Assembly (NCBI GenBank): GCA_950097015.1
Contig: CATNEN010000038.1
Coordinates: forward strand, 3,596,001 to 3,660,000
Source: Macrostomum hystrix
Taxonomy: Eukaryota; Animalia; Platyhelminthes
Direction of reading: 5' to 3'
DNA: 64,000 nt
Part shown: positions 34,495 to 47,000 of the stretch, one piece after another
Layout of the letters: the number at the start of each line of letters is the position of its first letter
Numbering within the stretch: position 1 is the stretch's first letter
Translations under genes and position numbers: made by a program
Notes under the pieces: generated by a model
What the model was told of the DNA's origin: nothing
Seen by the model: only the letters and a program-made list of their open reading frames with translations
Databases searched by the model: none

Positions 34495-37400
34495 CACTGG
34501 CTATGCCTGAAGTTCGATGGTCACTGGCCTAAAGTTCGATGGTCACTGGCCTGAAGTTCGATGGTCACTGGCCTGAAGTTCGATGGTCATTGGCCTGAAG
34601 TTCGATGGTCACTGGCCTGAAGTTCGATGGTCACTGGCCTGAAGTTCGATGGTCACTGGCCTGAAGTTCGATGGTCACTGGCCTGAAGTTCGATGGTCAC
34701 TGGCCTGAAGTTCGATGGTCACTGGCCTGAAGTTCGATGGTCACTGGCCTGAAGTTCGATAGTCACTTGCCTGAAGTTCGATGGTCACTGGCCTGAAGTT
34801 CGATAGTCACTGGCCTGAAGTTCGATGGTCACTGGCCTTAAGTTAGTAGGTCACTGGCCTGAAGTTCGATAGTCACTGGCCTGAGGAGGTAGGACTCACT
34901 CACAAAGCACGAGCCTGAAGTTCGATGGTCACAGGCCCGAAGTTCGATGGTCACTGGCCTGAAGTTCGATAGTCACAGGCCTGAAGTTCGATGGTCACTG
35001 GCCTTAAGTTAGTAGGTCACTGGCCTGAAGTTCGATGGTCACTGGCCTGAAGTTCGATGGTCATTGGCCTGAAGTTCGATGGTCACCGGCCTGAAGTTCG
35101 ATGGTCACTGGCCTGAAGTTCGATGGTCACTGGCCTGAAGTTCGATAGTCACTTGCCTGAAGTTCGATGGTCACTGGCCTGAAGTTCGATAGTCACAGGC
35201 CTGAAGTTCGATGGTCACTGGCCTTAAGTTAGTAGGTCACTGGCCTGAAGTTCGATAGTCACAGGCCTGAGGAGGTAGGACTCACTCACAAAGCACGAGC
35301 CTGAAGTTCGATGGTCACAGGCCCGAAGTTCGATGGTCACTGGCCTGAAGTTCGATAGTCACAGGCCTGAAGTTCGATGGTCACTGGCCTGAAGTTAATT
35401 AGTCACTGGCCTGAAGTTCGATGGTCAGTGGTCTGAAGTTAATTAGTCACTGGCCTGAAGTTCGATGTCACTTGCCTGAAGTTCGATAGTCACTGGCCTG
35501 AGGAGGTAGGACTCATTCACAAAGCACGAGCCTGAAATTCGATGGTCACTGGCCTGAAGTTCGATGGTCACTTGCGTGAAGTTTTGATCGTCACTGGCCT
35601 GAGGAGGTGCGACTCACTCACAAAGCACGAGCCTGAAGTTCCATGGTCACTGGCCTTAAGTTGGTAGGTCACTGGCCTGAAGTTCGATAGTCACTGGCCT
35701 GAAGTTCGATGTCACTTGCCTGAAGTTCGATGGTCAGTGGCCTGAAGTTAATTAGTCACTGGCCTGAAGTTCGATGGTCACTGGCCTGAAGTTCGATGGT
35801 CACGGGCCTGAAGTTAGATGGTCAATTGCGTGAAGTTTTGTTCGTCACTGGCCTGAGGAGGTAGGACTCACTCACAAAGCACGAGCCTGAAGTTCGATGG
35901 TCACTGGCCTGAAGTTGGTAGGTCACTGGCCTAAATTCGATAGTCACTGGCATGAAGTTCGATAGTCACTGGCCTGAGGAGGTAGGACTCATTCACAAAG
36001 CACGAGCCTGAAGTTCGATGGTCACTGGCCTGAAGTTGGTAGGTCACTGGCCTAAATTCGATAGTCACTGGCATGAAGTTCGATAGTCACTGGCCTGAGG
36101 AGGTAGGACTCATTCACAAAGCACGAGCCTGAAGTTCGATGGTCACTGGCCTGAAGTTGGTAGGTCACTGGCCTAAATTCGATAGTCACTGGCATGAAGT
36201 TCGATAGTCACTGGCCTGAGGAGGTAGGACTCACTCACAAAGCACGAGCCTGAAGTTCGATGGTCACTGGCCTTAAGTTGGTAGGTCACTGGCCTGAAGT
36301 TCGATGGTCACTGACCTGAAGTTCAATAGTCACTGGCCTGAAGTTCGATGTCACTTGCCTGAAGTTCGATGGTCACTGGCCTGAAGTTAATTAGTCACTG
36401 GCCTGAAGTTCGATGTCACTTGCCTGAAGTTCGATGGTCACTGGCCTGAAGTTAATTAGTCACTGGCCTGAAGTTCGATGGTCAGTGGCCTGAAGTTCGA
36501 TGGTCACTGGCCTGAAGTTCGATGGTCATTGGCCTGAAGTTCGATGGTCACTGGCCTGAAGTTCGATGGTCACTGGCCTGAAGTTCGATGGTCACTGGCC
36601 TGAAGTTCGATAGTCACAGGCCCGAAGTTCGATGGTCACTGGCCTGAAGTTCGATAGTCACAGGCCTGAAGTTCGATGGTCACTGGCCTTAAGTTAGTAG
36701 GTCACTGGCCTGAAGTTCGATAGTCACAGGCCTGAGGAGGTAGGACTCACTCACAAAGCACGAGCCTGAAGTTCGATGGTCACAGGCCCGAAGTTCGATG
36801 GTCAATGGCCTGAAGTTCGATAGTCACAGGCCTGAAGTTCGATGGTCACTGGCCTTAAGTTAGTAGGTCACTGGCCTGAAGTTCGATAGTCACAGGCCTG
36901 AGGAGGTAGGACTCACTCACAAAGCACGAGCCTGAAGTTCGATGGTCACTGGCCTGAAGTTCGATAGTCACAGGCCTGAAGTTCGATGGTCACTGGCCTT
37001 AAGTTAGTAGGTCACTGGCCTGAAGTTCGATAGTCACTGGCCTGAGGAGGTAGGACTCACTCACAAAGCACGAGCCTGAAGTTCGATGGTCACTGGCCTG
37101 AAGTTAATTAGTCACTGGCCTGAAGTTCGATGGTCAGTGGTCTGAAGTTAATTAGTCACTGGCCTGAAGTTCGATGTCACTTGCCTGAAGTTCGATAGTC
37201 ACTAGCCTGAGGAGGTAGGACTCATTCACAAAGCACGAGCCTGAAATTCGATGGTCACTGGCCTGAAGTTCGATGGTCACTTGCGTGAAGTTTTGATCGT
37301 CACTGGCCTGAGGAGGTGCGACTCACTCACAAAGCACGAGCCTGAAGTTCGATGGTCACTGGCCTTAAGTTGGTAGGTCACTGGCCTGAAGTTCGATAGT

Positions 37401-40400
37401 CACTGGCCTGAAGTTCGATGTCACTTGCCTGAAGTTCGATGGTCAGTGGCCTGAAGTTAATTAGTCACTGGCCTGAAGTTCGATGGTCACTGGCCTGAAG
37501 TTCGATGGTCACGGGCCTGAAGTTAGATGGTCAATTGCGTGAAGTTTTGTTCGTCACTGGCCTGAGGAGGTAGGACTCACTCACAAAGCACGAGCCTGAA
37601 GTTCGATGGTCACTGGCCTGAAGTTGGTAGGTCACTGGCCTAAATTCGATAGTCACTGGCATGAAGTTCGATAGTCACTGGCCTGAGGAGGTAGGACTCA
37701 TTCACAAAGCACGAGCCTGAAGTTCGATGGTCACTGGCCTGAAGTTGGTAGGTCACTGGCCTAAATTCGATAGTCACTGGCATGAAGTTCGATAGTCACT
37801 GGCCTGAGGAGGTAGGACTCATTCACAAAGCACGAGCCTGAAGTTCGATGGTCACTGGCCTGAAGTTGGTAGGTCACTGGCCTAAATTCGATAGTCACTG
37901 GCATGAAGTTCGATAGTCACTGGCCTGAGGAGGTAGGACTCACTCACAAAGCACGAGCCTGAAGTTCGATGGTCACTGGCCTTAAGTTGGTAGGTCACTG
38001 GCCTGAAGTTCGATGGTCACTGACCTGAAGTTCAATAGTCACTGGCCTGAAGTTCGATGTCACTTGCCTGAAGTTCGATGGTCACTGGCCTGAAGTTAAT
38101 TAGTCACTGGCCTGAAGTTCGATGTCACTTGCCTGAAGTTCGATGGTCACTGGCCTGAAGTTAATTAGTCACTGGCCTGAAGTTCGATGGTCAGTGGCCT
38201 GAAGTTCGATGTCACTTGCCTAAAGTTCGATAGTCACTGGCCTGAGGAGGTGCGACTCATTCACAAAGCACGAGCCTGAAGTTCGATGGTCACTGGCCTG
38301 AAGTTCGATGGTCACTTGCGTGAAGTTTTGTTCGTCACTGGCCTGAGGAGGTGCGACTCACTCACAAAGCACGAGCCTGAAGTTCGATGGTCACTGGCCT
38401 TAAGTTGGTAGGTCACTGGCCTGAAGTTCGATAGTCACTGGCCTGAAGTTCGATGTCACTTGCCTGAAGTTCGATGGTCAGTGGCCTGAAGTTAATTAGT
38501 CACTGGCCTGAAGTTCGATAGTCACTGGCCTGAAGTTCGATAGTCACTGGCCTGAAGTTCGATAGTCACTGGCCTGAAGTTCGATGTCACTTGCCTGAAG
38601 TTCGATAGTCACTGGCCTGAGAAGGTAGGACTCACTCACAAAGCACGAGCCTGAAGTTCGATGGTCACTAGCCTGAAGTTCGATGGTCACTGGCGTGAAG
38701 TTTTATCGTCACTGGCCTGAGGAGGTGCGACTCACTCACAAAGCACGAGCCTGAAGTTCGATGGTCACTGGCCTGAAGTTCAATAGTCACTGGCCTGAGG
38801 AGGTGCGACTCACTCACAAAGCACGAGCCTGAAGTTCGATGGTCACTGGCCTTAAGTTGGTAGGTCACTGGCCTAAATTCGATAGTCACTGGCATGAAGT
38901 TCGATAGTCACTGGCCTGAGGAGGTAGGACTCACTCACAAAGCACGAGCCTGAAGTTCGATGGTCACTGGCCTGAGGAGGTAGGACTCACTCACAAAGCA
39001 CGAGCCTGAAGTTCGATGGTCACTGGCCTGAAGTTGGTAGGTCACTGGCCTAAATTCGATAGTCACTGGCATGAAGTTCGATGGTCACTGGCCTGAGGAG
39101 GTAGGACTCACTCACAAAGCACGAGCCTGAAGTTCGATGGTCACTGGCCTTAAGTTGGTAGGTCACTGGCCTGAAGTTCGATGGTCACTGACCTGAAGTT
39201 CAATAGTCACTGGCCTGAAGTTCGATGTCACTTGCCTGAAGTTCGATGGTCACTGGCCTGAAGTTAATTAGTCACTGGCCTGAAGTTCGATGTCACTTGC
39301 CTGAAGTTCGATGGTCACTGGCCTGAAGTTAATTAGTCACTGGCCTGAAGTTCGATGGTCAGTGGCCTGAAGTTCGATGTCACTTGCCTAAAGTTCGATA
39401 GTCACTGGCCTGAGGAGGTGCGACTCATTCACAAAGCACGAGCCTGAAGTTCGATGGTCACTGGCCTGAAGTTCGATGGTCACTTGCGTGAAGTTTTGTT
39501 CGTCACTGGCCTGAGGAGGTGCGACTCACTCACAAAGCACGAGCCTGAAGTTCGATGGTCACTGGCCTTAAGTTGGTAGGTCACTGGCCTGAAGTTCGAT
39601 AGTCACTGGCCTGAAGTTCGATGTCACTTGCCTGAAGTTCGATGGTCAGTGGCCTGAAGTTAATTAGTCACTGGCCTGAAGTTCGATAGTCACTGGCCTG
39701 AAGTTCGATAGTCACTGGCCTGAAGTTCGATAGTCACTGGCCTGAAGTTCGATGTCACTTGCCTGAAGTTCGATAGTCACTGGCCTGAGAAGGTAGGACT
39801 CACTCACAAAGCACGAGCCTGAAGTTCGATGGTCACTAGCCTGAAGTTCGATGGTCACTGGCGTGAAGTTTTATCGTCACTGGCCTGAGGAGGTGCGACT
39901 CACTCACAAAGCACGAGCCTGAAGTTCGATGGTCACTGGCCTGAAGTTCAATAGTCACTGGCCTGAGGAGGTGCGACTCACTCACAAAGCACGAGCCTGA
40001 AGTTCGATGGTCACTGGCCTTAAGTTGGTAGGTCACTGGCCTAAATTCGATAGTCACTGGCATGAAGTTCGATAGTCACTGGCCTGAGGAGGTAGGACTC
40101 ACTCACAAAGCACGAGCCTGAAGTTCGATGGTCACTGGCCTGAGGAGGTAGGACTCACTCACAAAGCACGAGCCTGAAGTTCGATGGTCACTGGCCTGAA
40201 GTTAATTAGTCACTGGCCTGAAGTTCGATGGTCAGTGGCCTGAAGTTCGATGTCACTTGCCTGAAGTTCGATAGTCACTGGCCTGAGAAGGTAGGACTCA
40301 CTCACAAAGCACTAGCCTGAAGTTTTATGGTCACTGGCGTGAAGTTCGATAGTTACTGACCTGAAGTTCGATAGTCACTGGCCTGAAGTTCGATGGTCAC

Positions 40401-43400
40401 TGGCTTCAGAGGGTAGGACATTCTCACACAGCACAAGCCTGAAGTTCGATAGTCATTTGCTTGAAGTTCGATGGTCAACTGGCCTGAAGTTAATTAGTCA
40501 CTGGCCTGAAGTTCGATGGTCAACTGGCCTGAAGTTAATTAGTCACTGGCCTGAAGTTCGATGGTCACTGGCCTGAAGTTCGATGGTCACTGGCCTCAAT
40601 TTAGTAGGTCACTGGCCTGAAGTTCGATAGTCACATTCCTGAGGAGGTAGGACTCACTCACAAAGCACGAGCCTGAAATTCGATGGACACTGGCCTGAAG
40701 TTAATTAGTCACTGGCCTGAAGTTCGATGGTCAGTGGCCTGAAGTTAATTAGTCACTGGCCTGAAGTTCGGTGTCACTTGCCTGAAGTTCGATAGTCACT
40801 TGCCTGAGGAGGTAGGACTCACTCACAAAGCACGAGCCTGAAGTTCGATGGTCACTGGCCTGAAGTTGTTAAGTCACTGGCCTAAATTCGATAGTCACTG
40901 GCCTAAATTCGATGGTCACTGGCCTGAAGTTAATTAGTCACTGGCCTGAAGTTCGATAGTCACTTGCCTGAGGAGGTAGGACTCACTCACAAAGCACGAG
41001 CCTGAATTTCGATGGTCAGTGGCCTGAAGTTGGTAGGTCACTGGCCTAAATTCGATGGTCACTGGCCTGAAGTTCGATGGTCACTTGCGTGAAGGTTTTT
41101 TCTTCACTGGCCTGAGGAGGTGCGACTCACTCACAAAGCACAAGCCTGAAGTTCGATGGTCACTGGCCTTAAGTTGGTAGGTCACTGGCCTGAAGTTCGA
41201 TAGTCACTGGCCTGAGGAGGTGGGACTCACTCACAAAGCACGAGCCTGAAGTTCGATGGTCACTGGCCTGAAGTTAATTAGTCACTGGCCTGAAGTTCGA
41301 TGGTCAGTGGTCTGAAGTTAATTAGTCACTGGCCTGAAGTTCGATGTCACTTGCCTGAAGTTCGATAGTCACTGGCCTGAGGAGGTAGGACTCATTCACA
41401 AAGCACGAGCCTGAAATTCGATAGTCACAGGCCTGAAGTTCGATGGTCACTGGCCTTAAGTTAGTAGGTCACTGGCCTGAAGTTCGATAGTCACTGGCCT
41501 GAGGAGGTAGGACTCACTCACAAAGCACGAGCCTGAAGTTCGATGGTCACTGGCCTGAAGTTAATTAGTCACTGGCCTGAAGTTCGATGGTCAGTGGTCT
41601 GAAGTTAATTAGTCACTGGCCTGAAGTTCGATGTCACTTGCCTGAAGTTCGATAGTCACTGGCCTGAGGAGGTAGGACTCATTCACAAAGCACGAGCCTG
41701 AAATTCGATGGTCACTGGCCTGAAGTTCGATGGTCACTTGCGTGAAGTTTTGATCGTCACTGGCCTGAGGAGGTGCGACTCACTCACAAAGCACGAGCCT
41801 GAAGTTCGATGGTCACTGGCCTTAAGTTGGTAGGTCACTGGCCTGAAGTTCGATGGTCACTGACCTGAAGTTCGATGTCACTTGCCTGAAGTTCGATGGT
41901 CAGTGGCCTGAAGTTAATTAGTCACTGGCCTGAAGTTCGATGGTCACTGGCCTGAAGTTCGATGGTCACGGGCCTGAAGTTAGATGGTCAATTGCGTGAA
42001 GTTTTGTTCGTCACTGGCCTGAGGAGGTAGGACTCACTCACAAAGCACGAGCCTGAAGTTCGATGGTCACTGGCCTGAAGTTGGTAGGTCACTGGCCTAA
42101 ATTCGATAGTCACTGGCATGAAGTTCGATAGTCACTGGCCTGAGGAGGTAGGACTCATTCACAAAGCACGAGCCTGAAGTTCGATGGTCACTGGCCTGAA
42201 GTTGGTAGGTCACTGGCCTAAATTCGATAGTCACTGGCATGAAGTTCGATAGTCACTGGCCTGAGGAGGTAGGACTCATTCACAAAGCACGAGCCTGAAG
42301 TTCGATGGTCACTGGCCTGAAGTTGGTAGGTCACTGGCCTAAATTCGATAGTCACTGGCATGAAGTTCGATAGTCACTGGCCTGAGGAGGTAGGACTCAT
42401 TCACAAAGCACGAGCCTGAAGTTCGATGGTCACTGGCCTGAAGTTGGTAGGTCACTGGCCTAAATTCGATAGTCACTGGCATGAAGTTCGATAGTCACTG
42501 GCCTGAGGAGGTAGGACTCACTCACAAAGCACGAGCCTGAAGTTCGATGGTCACTGGCCTTAAGTTGGTAGGTCACTGGCCTGAAGTTCGATGGTCACTG
42601 GCCTGAAGTTCAATAGTCACTGGCCTGAAGTTCGATGTCACTTGCCTGAAGTTCGATGGTCACTGGCCTGAAGTTAATTAGTCACTGGCCTGAAGTTCGA
42701 TGTCACTTGCCTGAAGTTCGATGGTCACTGGCCTGAAGTTAATTAGTCACTGGCCTGAAGTTCGATGGTCAGTGGCCTGAAGTTCGATGTCACTTGCCTA
42801 AAGTTCGATAGTCACTGGCCTGAGGAGGTGCGACTCACTCACAAAGCACGAGCCTGAAGTTCGATGGTCACTGGCCTTAAGTTGGTAGGTCACTGGCCTG
42901 AAGTTCGATAGTCACTGGCCTGAAGTTCGATGTCACTTGCCTGAAGTTCGATGGTCAGTGGCCTGAAGTTAATTAGTCACTGGCCTGAAGTTCGATAGTC
43001 ACTGGCCTGAAGTTCGATAGTCACTGGCCTGAAGTTCGATAGTCACTGGCCTGAAGTTCGATGTCACTTGCCTGAAGTTCGATAGTCACAGGCCTGAGGA
43101 GGTAGGACTCACTCACAAAGCACGAGACTGAAGTTCGATAGTCACATTCCTGAGGAGGTAGGACTCACTCACAAAGCACGAGCCTGAAATTCGATGGACA
43201 CTGGCCTGAAGTTAATTAGTCACTGGCCTGAAGTTCGATGGTCAGTGGCCTGAAGTTAATTAGTCACTGGCCTGAAGTTCGGTGTCACTTGCCTGAAGTT
43301 CGATAGTCACTTGCCTGAGGAGGTAGGACTCACTCACAAAGCACGAGCCTGAAGTTCGATGGTCACTGGCCTGAAGTTGTTAAGTCACTGGCCTAAATTC

Positions 43401-43772
43401 GATAGTCACTGGCCTAAATTCGATGGTCACTGGCCTGAAGTTAATTAGTCACTGGCCTGAAGTTCGATAGTCACTTGCCTGAGGAGGTAGGACTCACTCA
43501 CAAAGCACGAGCCTGAATTTCGATGGTCAGTGGCCTGAAGTTGGTAGGTCACTGGCCTAAATTCGATGGTCACTGGCCTGAAGTTCGATGGTCACTTGCG
43601 TGAAGGTTTTTTCTTCACTGGCCTGAGGAGGTGCGACTCACTCACAAAGCACAAGCCTGAAGTTCGATGGTCACTGGCCTTAAGTTGGTAGGTCACTGGC
43701 CTGAAGTTCGATAGTCACTGGCCTGAGGAGGTGGGACTCATTCACAAAGCACGAGCCTGAATTTCGATGTCA
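34495..43772. repeat. 9.3-kb composite satellite: 22-bp monomer interspersed with a ~34-bp insert unit, with higher-order blocks
   Basis: ggtcactggcctgaagttcgat monomers punctuated by gcctgaggaggtaggactcactcacaaagcacga. Block duplications are visible, e.g. identical ORFs at 38668 and 39836. Confidence 0.97.
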
Positions 43773-44037
43773 AGTTTGCGGAAATGGCGGAGGGCGGTAT
43801 CGGAGCTGCAGGATTTGAGGCCCGTTTTCATATCCATATTTATCATGGCTTTGCAGGCGATCATAGAATTACTAATAAAATGTGTTTTCTGGTTTACTTT
43901 TGGTTGAATCGTGTTCTTGGCATCCACGTTAGGGTCACACACACACACAGCTCTTTGATCCACAACTGGTTTTTCTTTCTTGGTATGCAAGTTGACTCGA
44001 ATACTCAAATGCATATTCACCTTGGTCTTGGCGATCT

Positions 44038-47000
44038 TCACCTTGACTTGCTCAGCCTCTCAATCTTCTGCTGCAGCCACCCCGGCAGCCGGAACAGCTC
44101 GTGAGTGATTCTTCTGCGCAGCCGCCGCAGCTGCTCCAGATCTCCGCAGATCGCCGCAGCCACCAGCAGCTCCTGCTCATCCGAATCCTCCATCTGAGCC
44201 ACATCCCGGATCCAGTCCTGATCGCTCCCGTCTCCTGCTCCTGTCAGCTCATTGCGAAGGGCCCGCAGCAGAGCGTCAAAGTTCAGGTAGAAGTAGTTGA
44301 CGTAGTTTTTCATCTTCAGCGGAAAGCAGTCGGCAAAGACTTTGTGCTCAATCGGCAGCTTCGGTCGCTTGTCAAACTTAAAGCAGAATTTCCAGGCGGA
44401 GTCTCGGCTCCTCAGGTGCTGCCACACAAAGTCCGCAGTGGCCTCACTCGCCGACCTCTCAGCTCCCCAATCGATTCCTCTGCTCGCAATGAACGGCCCG
44501 CAGTCGCTCACAACTCTCGCTGCACTGAGTCGGTCGCCGAACTTCAGGCAGGCCAGCGCTCTGAGAGACTCTCGCGCTGATCGGGCGCAGTCTGGCAGTT
44601 TGTCGATCAGCTCTGCGAGACTCTCTCGGGACTGCGGGCTGCGGTCTCCATCGGACACACGAAGCACCGACTCTCTCACGATGTCATAGATCTCGTGGAA
44701 CTCGCATGTCTTGGCTTCTGGTACAGGTGTGAGCCGAAGATCTGGCAGGATGAGGAACGGGTGGAAGTGGAATTGGCCCGAGTCGGTGACGGGTCGCAGA
44801 CTGTCCTCGAACTGCAGCAGCAGCTGAGGCAGCTCAGCCATGGCGTCTCTCAATGCGCCGGCTGCCCGATCCAACGCTTCGCTCACTCTCTCAGCTGACT
44901 TCAAGCCCTTCAGGTACACAGCGGCATCGCTCAGGAAGAAGTGCTCCAGGATCCGACCGTCAGGTGTGTCTGATCTGCAGCCGCTCTCCACACCGTCAAG
45001 CAAAATCTTCAGCGAGCGTGTCGTGAGACTCACGAGATTCTCCGGCTTCCACTGCTCAGCCGGTGTCTCCTCCAGCATTCGGAACGTGACGGTCTTTGCG
45101 TGATAGGACTTGAAGCCGACGTTTGAGATTTTCTTCTTCAGCAGCCACTTGAGTGTAACGAACAGCTGGCCTTGCAGAGTGCTGAGACTCCGCAGCAGTC
45201 GCCTCTCCAGGAAGCTGCTGCTCACTCGGAGCTGCTGGCCTCCCATTCCGGGAGGAGCTGCGTGCACCACGTGACAGGGCGATGAATCAGAGGTGAGGTC
45301 TCGCTGGAGTGACAGCAGCACGGACTGGGGAATGTTGGAGTTGGAGACTCTTGGTGGCAGCAGCGGCGCGATGGGAGGGTAGCGGCAGAGGCGGCGGGCG
45401 GTGACTTGGTCCACAGCCGGTCTCAGGGCAGAGCCTCCCAATGAATTGGCTGGGTTGGAGGCTGGAGAAACGGAAATGCGAGAAATATGGAAAATGCCAT
45501 CTGATTTCAAGTTGATGGACAAAAAACTATTTCTCGATAATCTAAACAGGAAAAACTAGTGCAAATATGGTTTGTAGCTGCCATTATACGAGTATATTGC
45601 TAGTAAGAATTGGCTGTTCGGAATATAGTTGAAAATCAATGGACATTGATTAGCATAATTTCAAAATCACAGAAAACGAATTCTGTAAAAACGGCAATAG
45701 AATATAATATAACAGAAATCACATACATTTGCAATGGCCCAGCCGCAGCTTTTGTACTACGCTTCCAAAAGCTGTGTACAACGGTTCAGTCCATGGACTG
45801 GGGTGGACACCTCAAAAACTGTCTTTTTTATTAGTCATTTTGCTTGTACCCGCTTTGCTGGCTGTTGAATTGGAAACTTTTCAGCTTTTCAGCTTTCATA
45901 TTGCCGTTCAAAGAGGAATTTCACAAATCAGTAATTACAACTCATTACTTTAATTTTACACGCCTGTGACTGTGAAAGTATTGCGAGCCTCTGAAACAAA
46001 GAGAAACTTGAATGAATCGTCTGGGCTCCCCGAAGATGGGCTTACATGGCTAGTTAAGTAACAGTTTAGAGCGAATATGGGATATTTGATTTTGGCTTAT
46101 AAAAATCTGTACGTACAATGAATATATAATATGGCATCACTATTCACTGAGTACACTGAGCGATGAGCGCTCAGCCTCTGTTTGGTTCCCAGAGGAATCG
46201 CGCCGAATGAAAAATCGCACTTTACATTTTTGCTGGGAAGTTTCTTGCTCTGGCTCTGCATTTCAAACTGGACTGAACATTTGTTGGTTTTCCTTGTTTG
46301 TTGTTTGCTTTAGAAAGCCAAAGAAGATCAGCAAGCCAAACGCATGTTCAATTCTTGTCCCAGCCATCCCGACAGTCTCTGACAGGAAATTCTCACCGAA
46401 TCCGGAGCTCAGGATGTGGCCATTGCTGAGCTCCACTGTCTGAGCAGCCTCCACTCGGTCGCACTCGCACACATCTCTCGGGTGAATCGGCCTTCCAGGA
46501 ATCAGCTGAATAACATCGATGTCAGAGTCGATGTCAGTTCTGCCATCCAGAGAGACCAGGCTGTTGCCCCAGGCCTCAGAGAAGCTGCCCACAGCGAAAC
46601 AGTCGTCATAGTTCAATCTCTTCCTGAGAACATCCTGCAAGACGTCAGCCACAGCGATCTGCAAGGCGGCTCTGGAGTCCACGAATCCCGACTGAGAGAG
46701 CTTGGAGTGCAGCTGCTGGCTCAGCTCTGCGTGGCTGGGTGCGGCTCTGAAGGGTGAGAGGAGGCGGCAGTGCTGAGTTTCAGTGAGGCTGGGAGGCTCT
46801 GAAGGGTGAGAGGAGGCGGCAGTGATGAGTTTCAGTGAGGCTGGGAGGCTCTGAAGGGTGAGAGGAGGCGGCAGTGCTGAGTTTCAGTGAGGCTGGGAGG
46901 CTCTGAAGGGTGAGAGGAGGCGGCAGTGATGAGTTTCACTGGGATTAAAACTACAGCTGAAACGAGGAATGTGAGAAATGAATACTTTTAAAAAATAGTA

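Noticed and set aside
34870-43772. Tandem hammerhead ribozymes (CTGAGGA...GAA motifs in the insert unit)
   Set aside because: Most copies have GAAG rather than GAAA, and stems I-III do not pair convincingly. A cmsearch would settle it.
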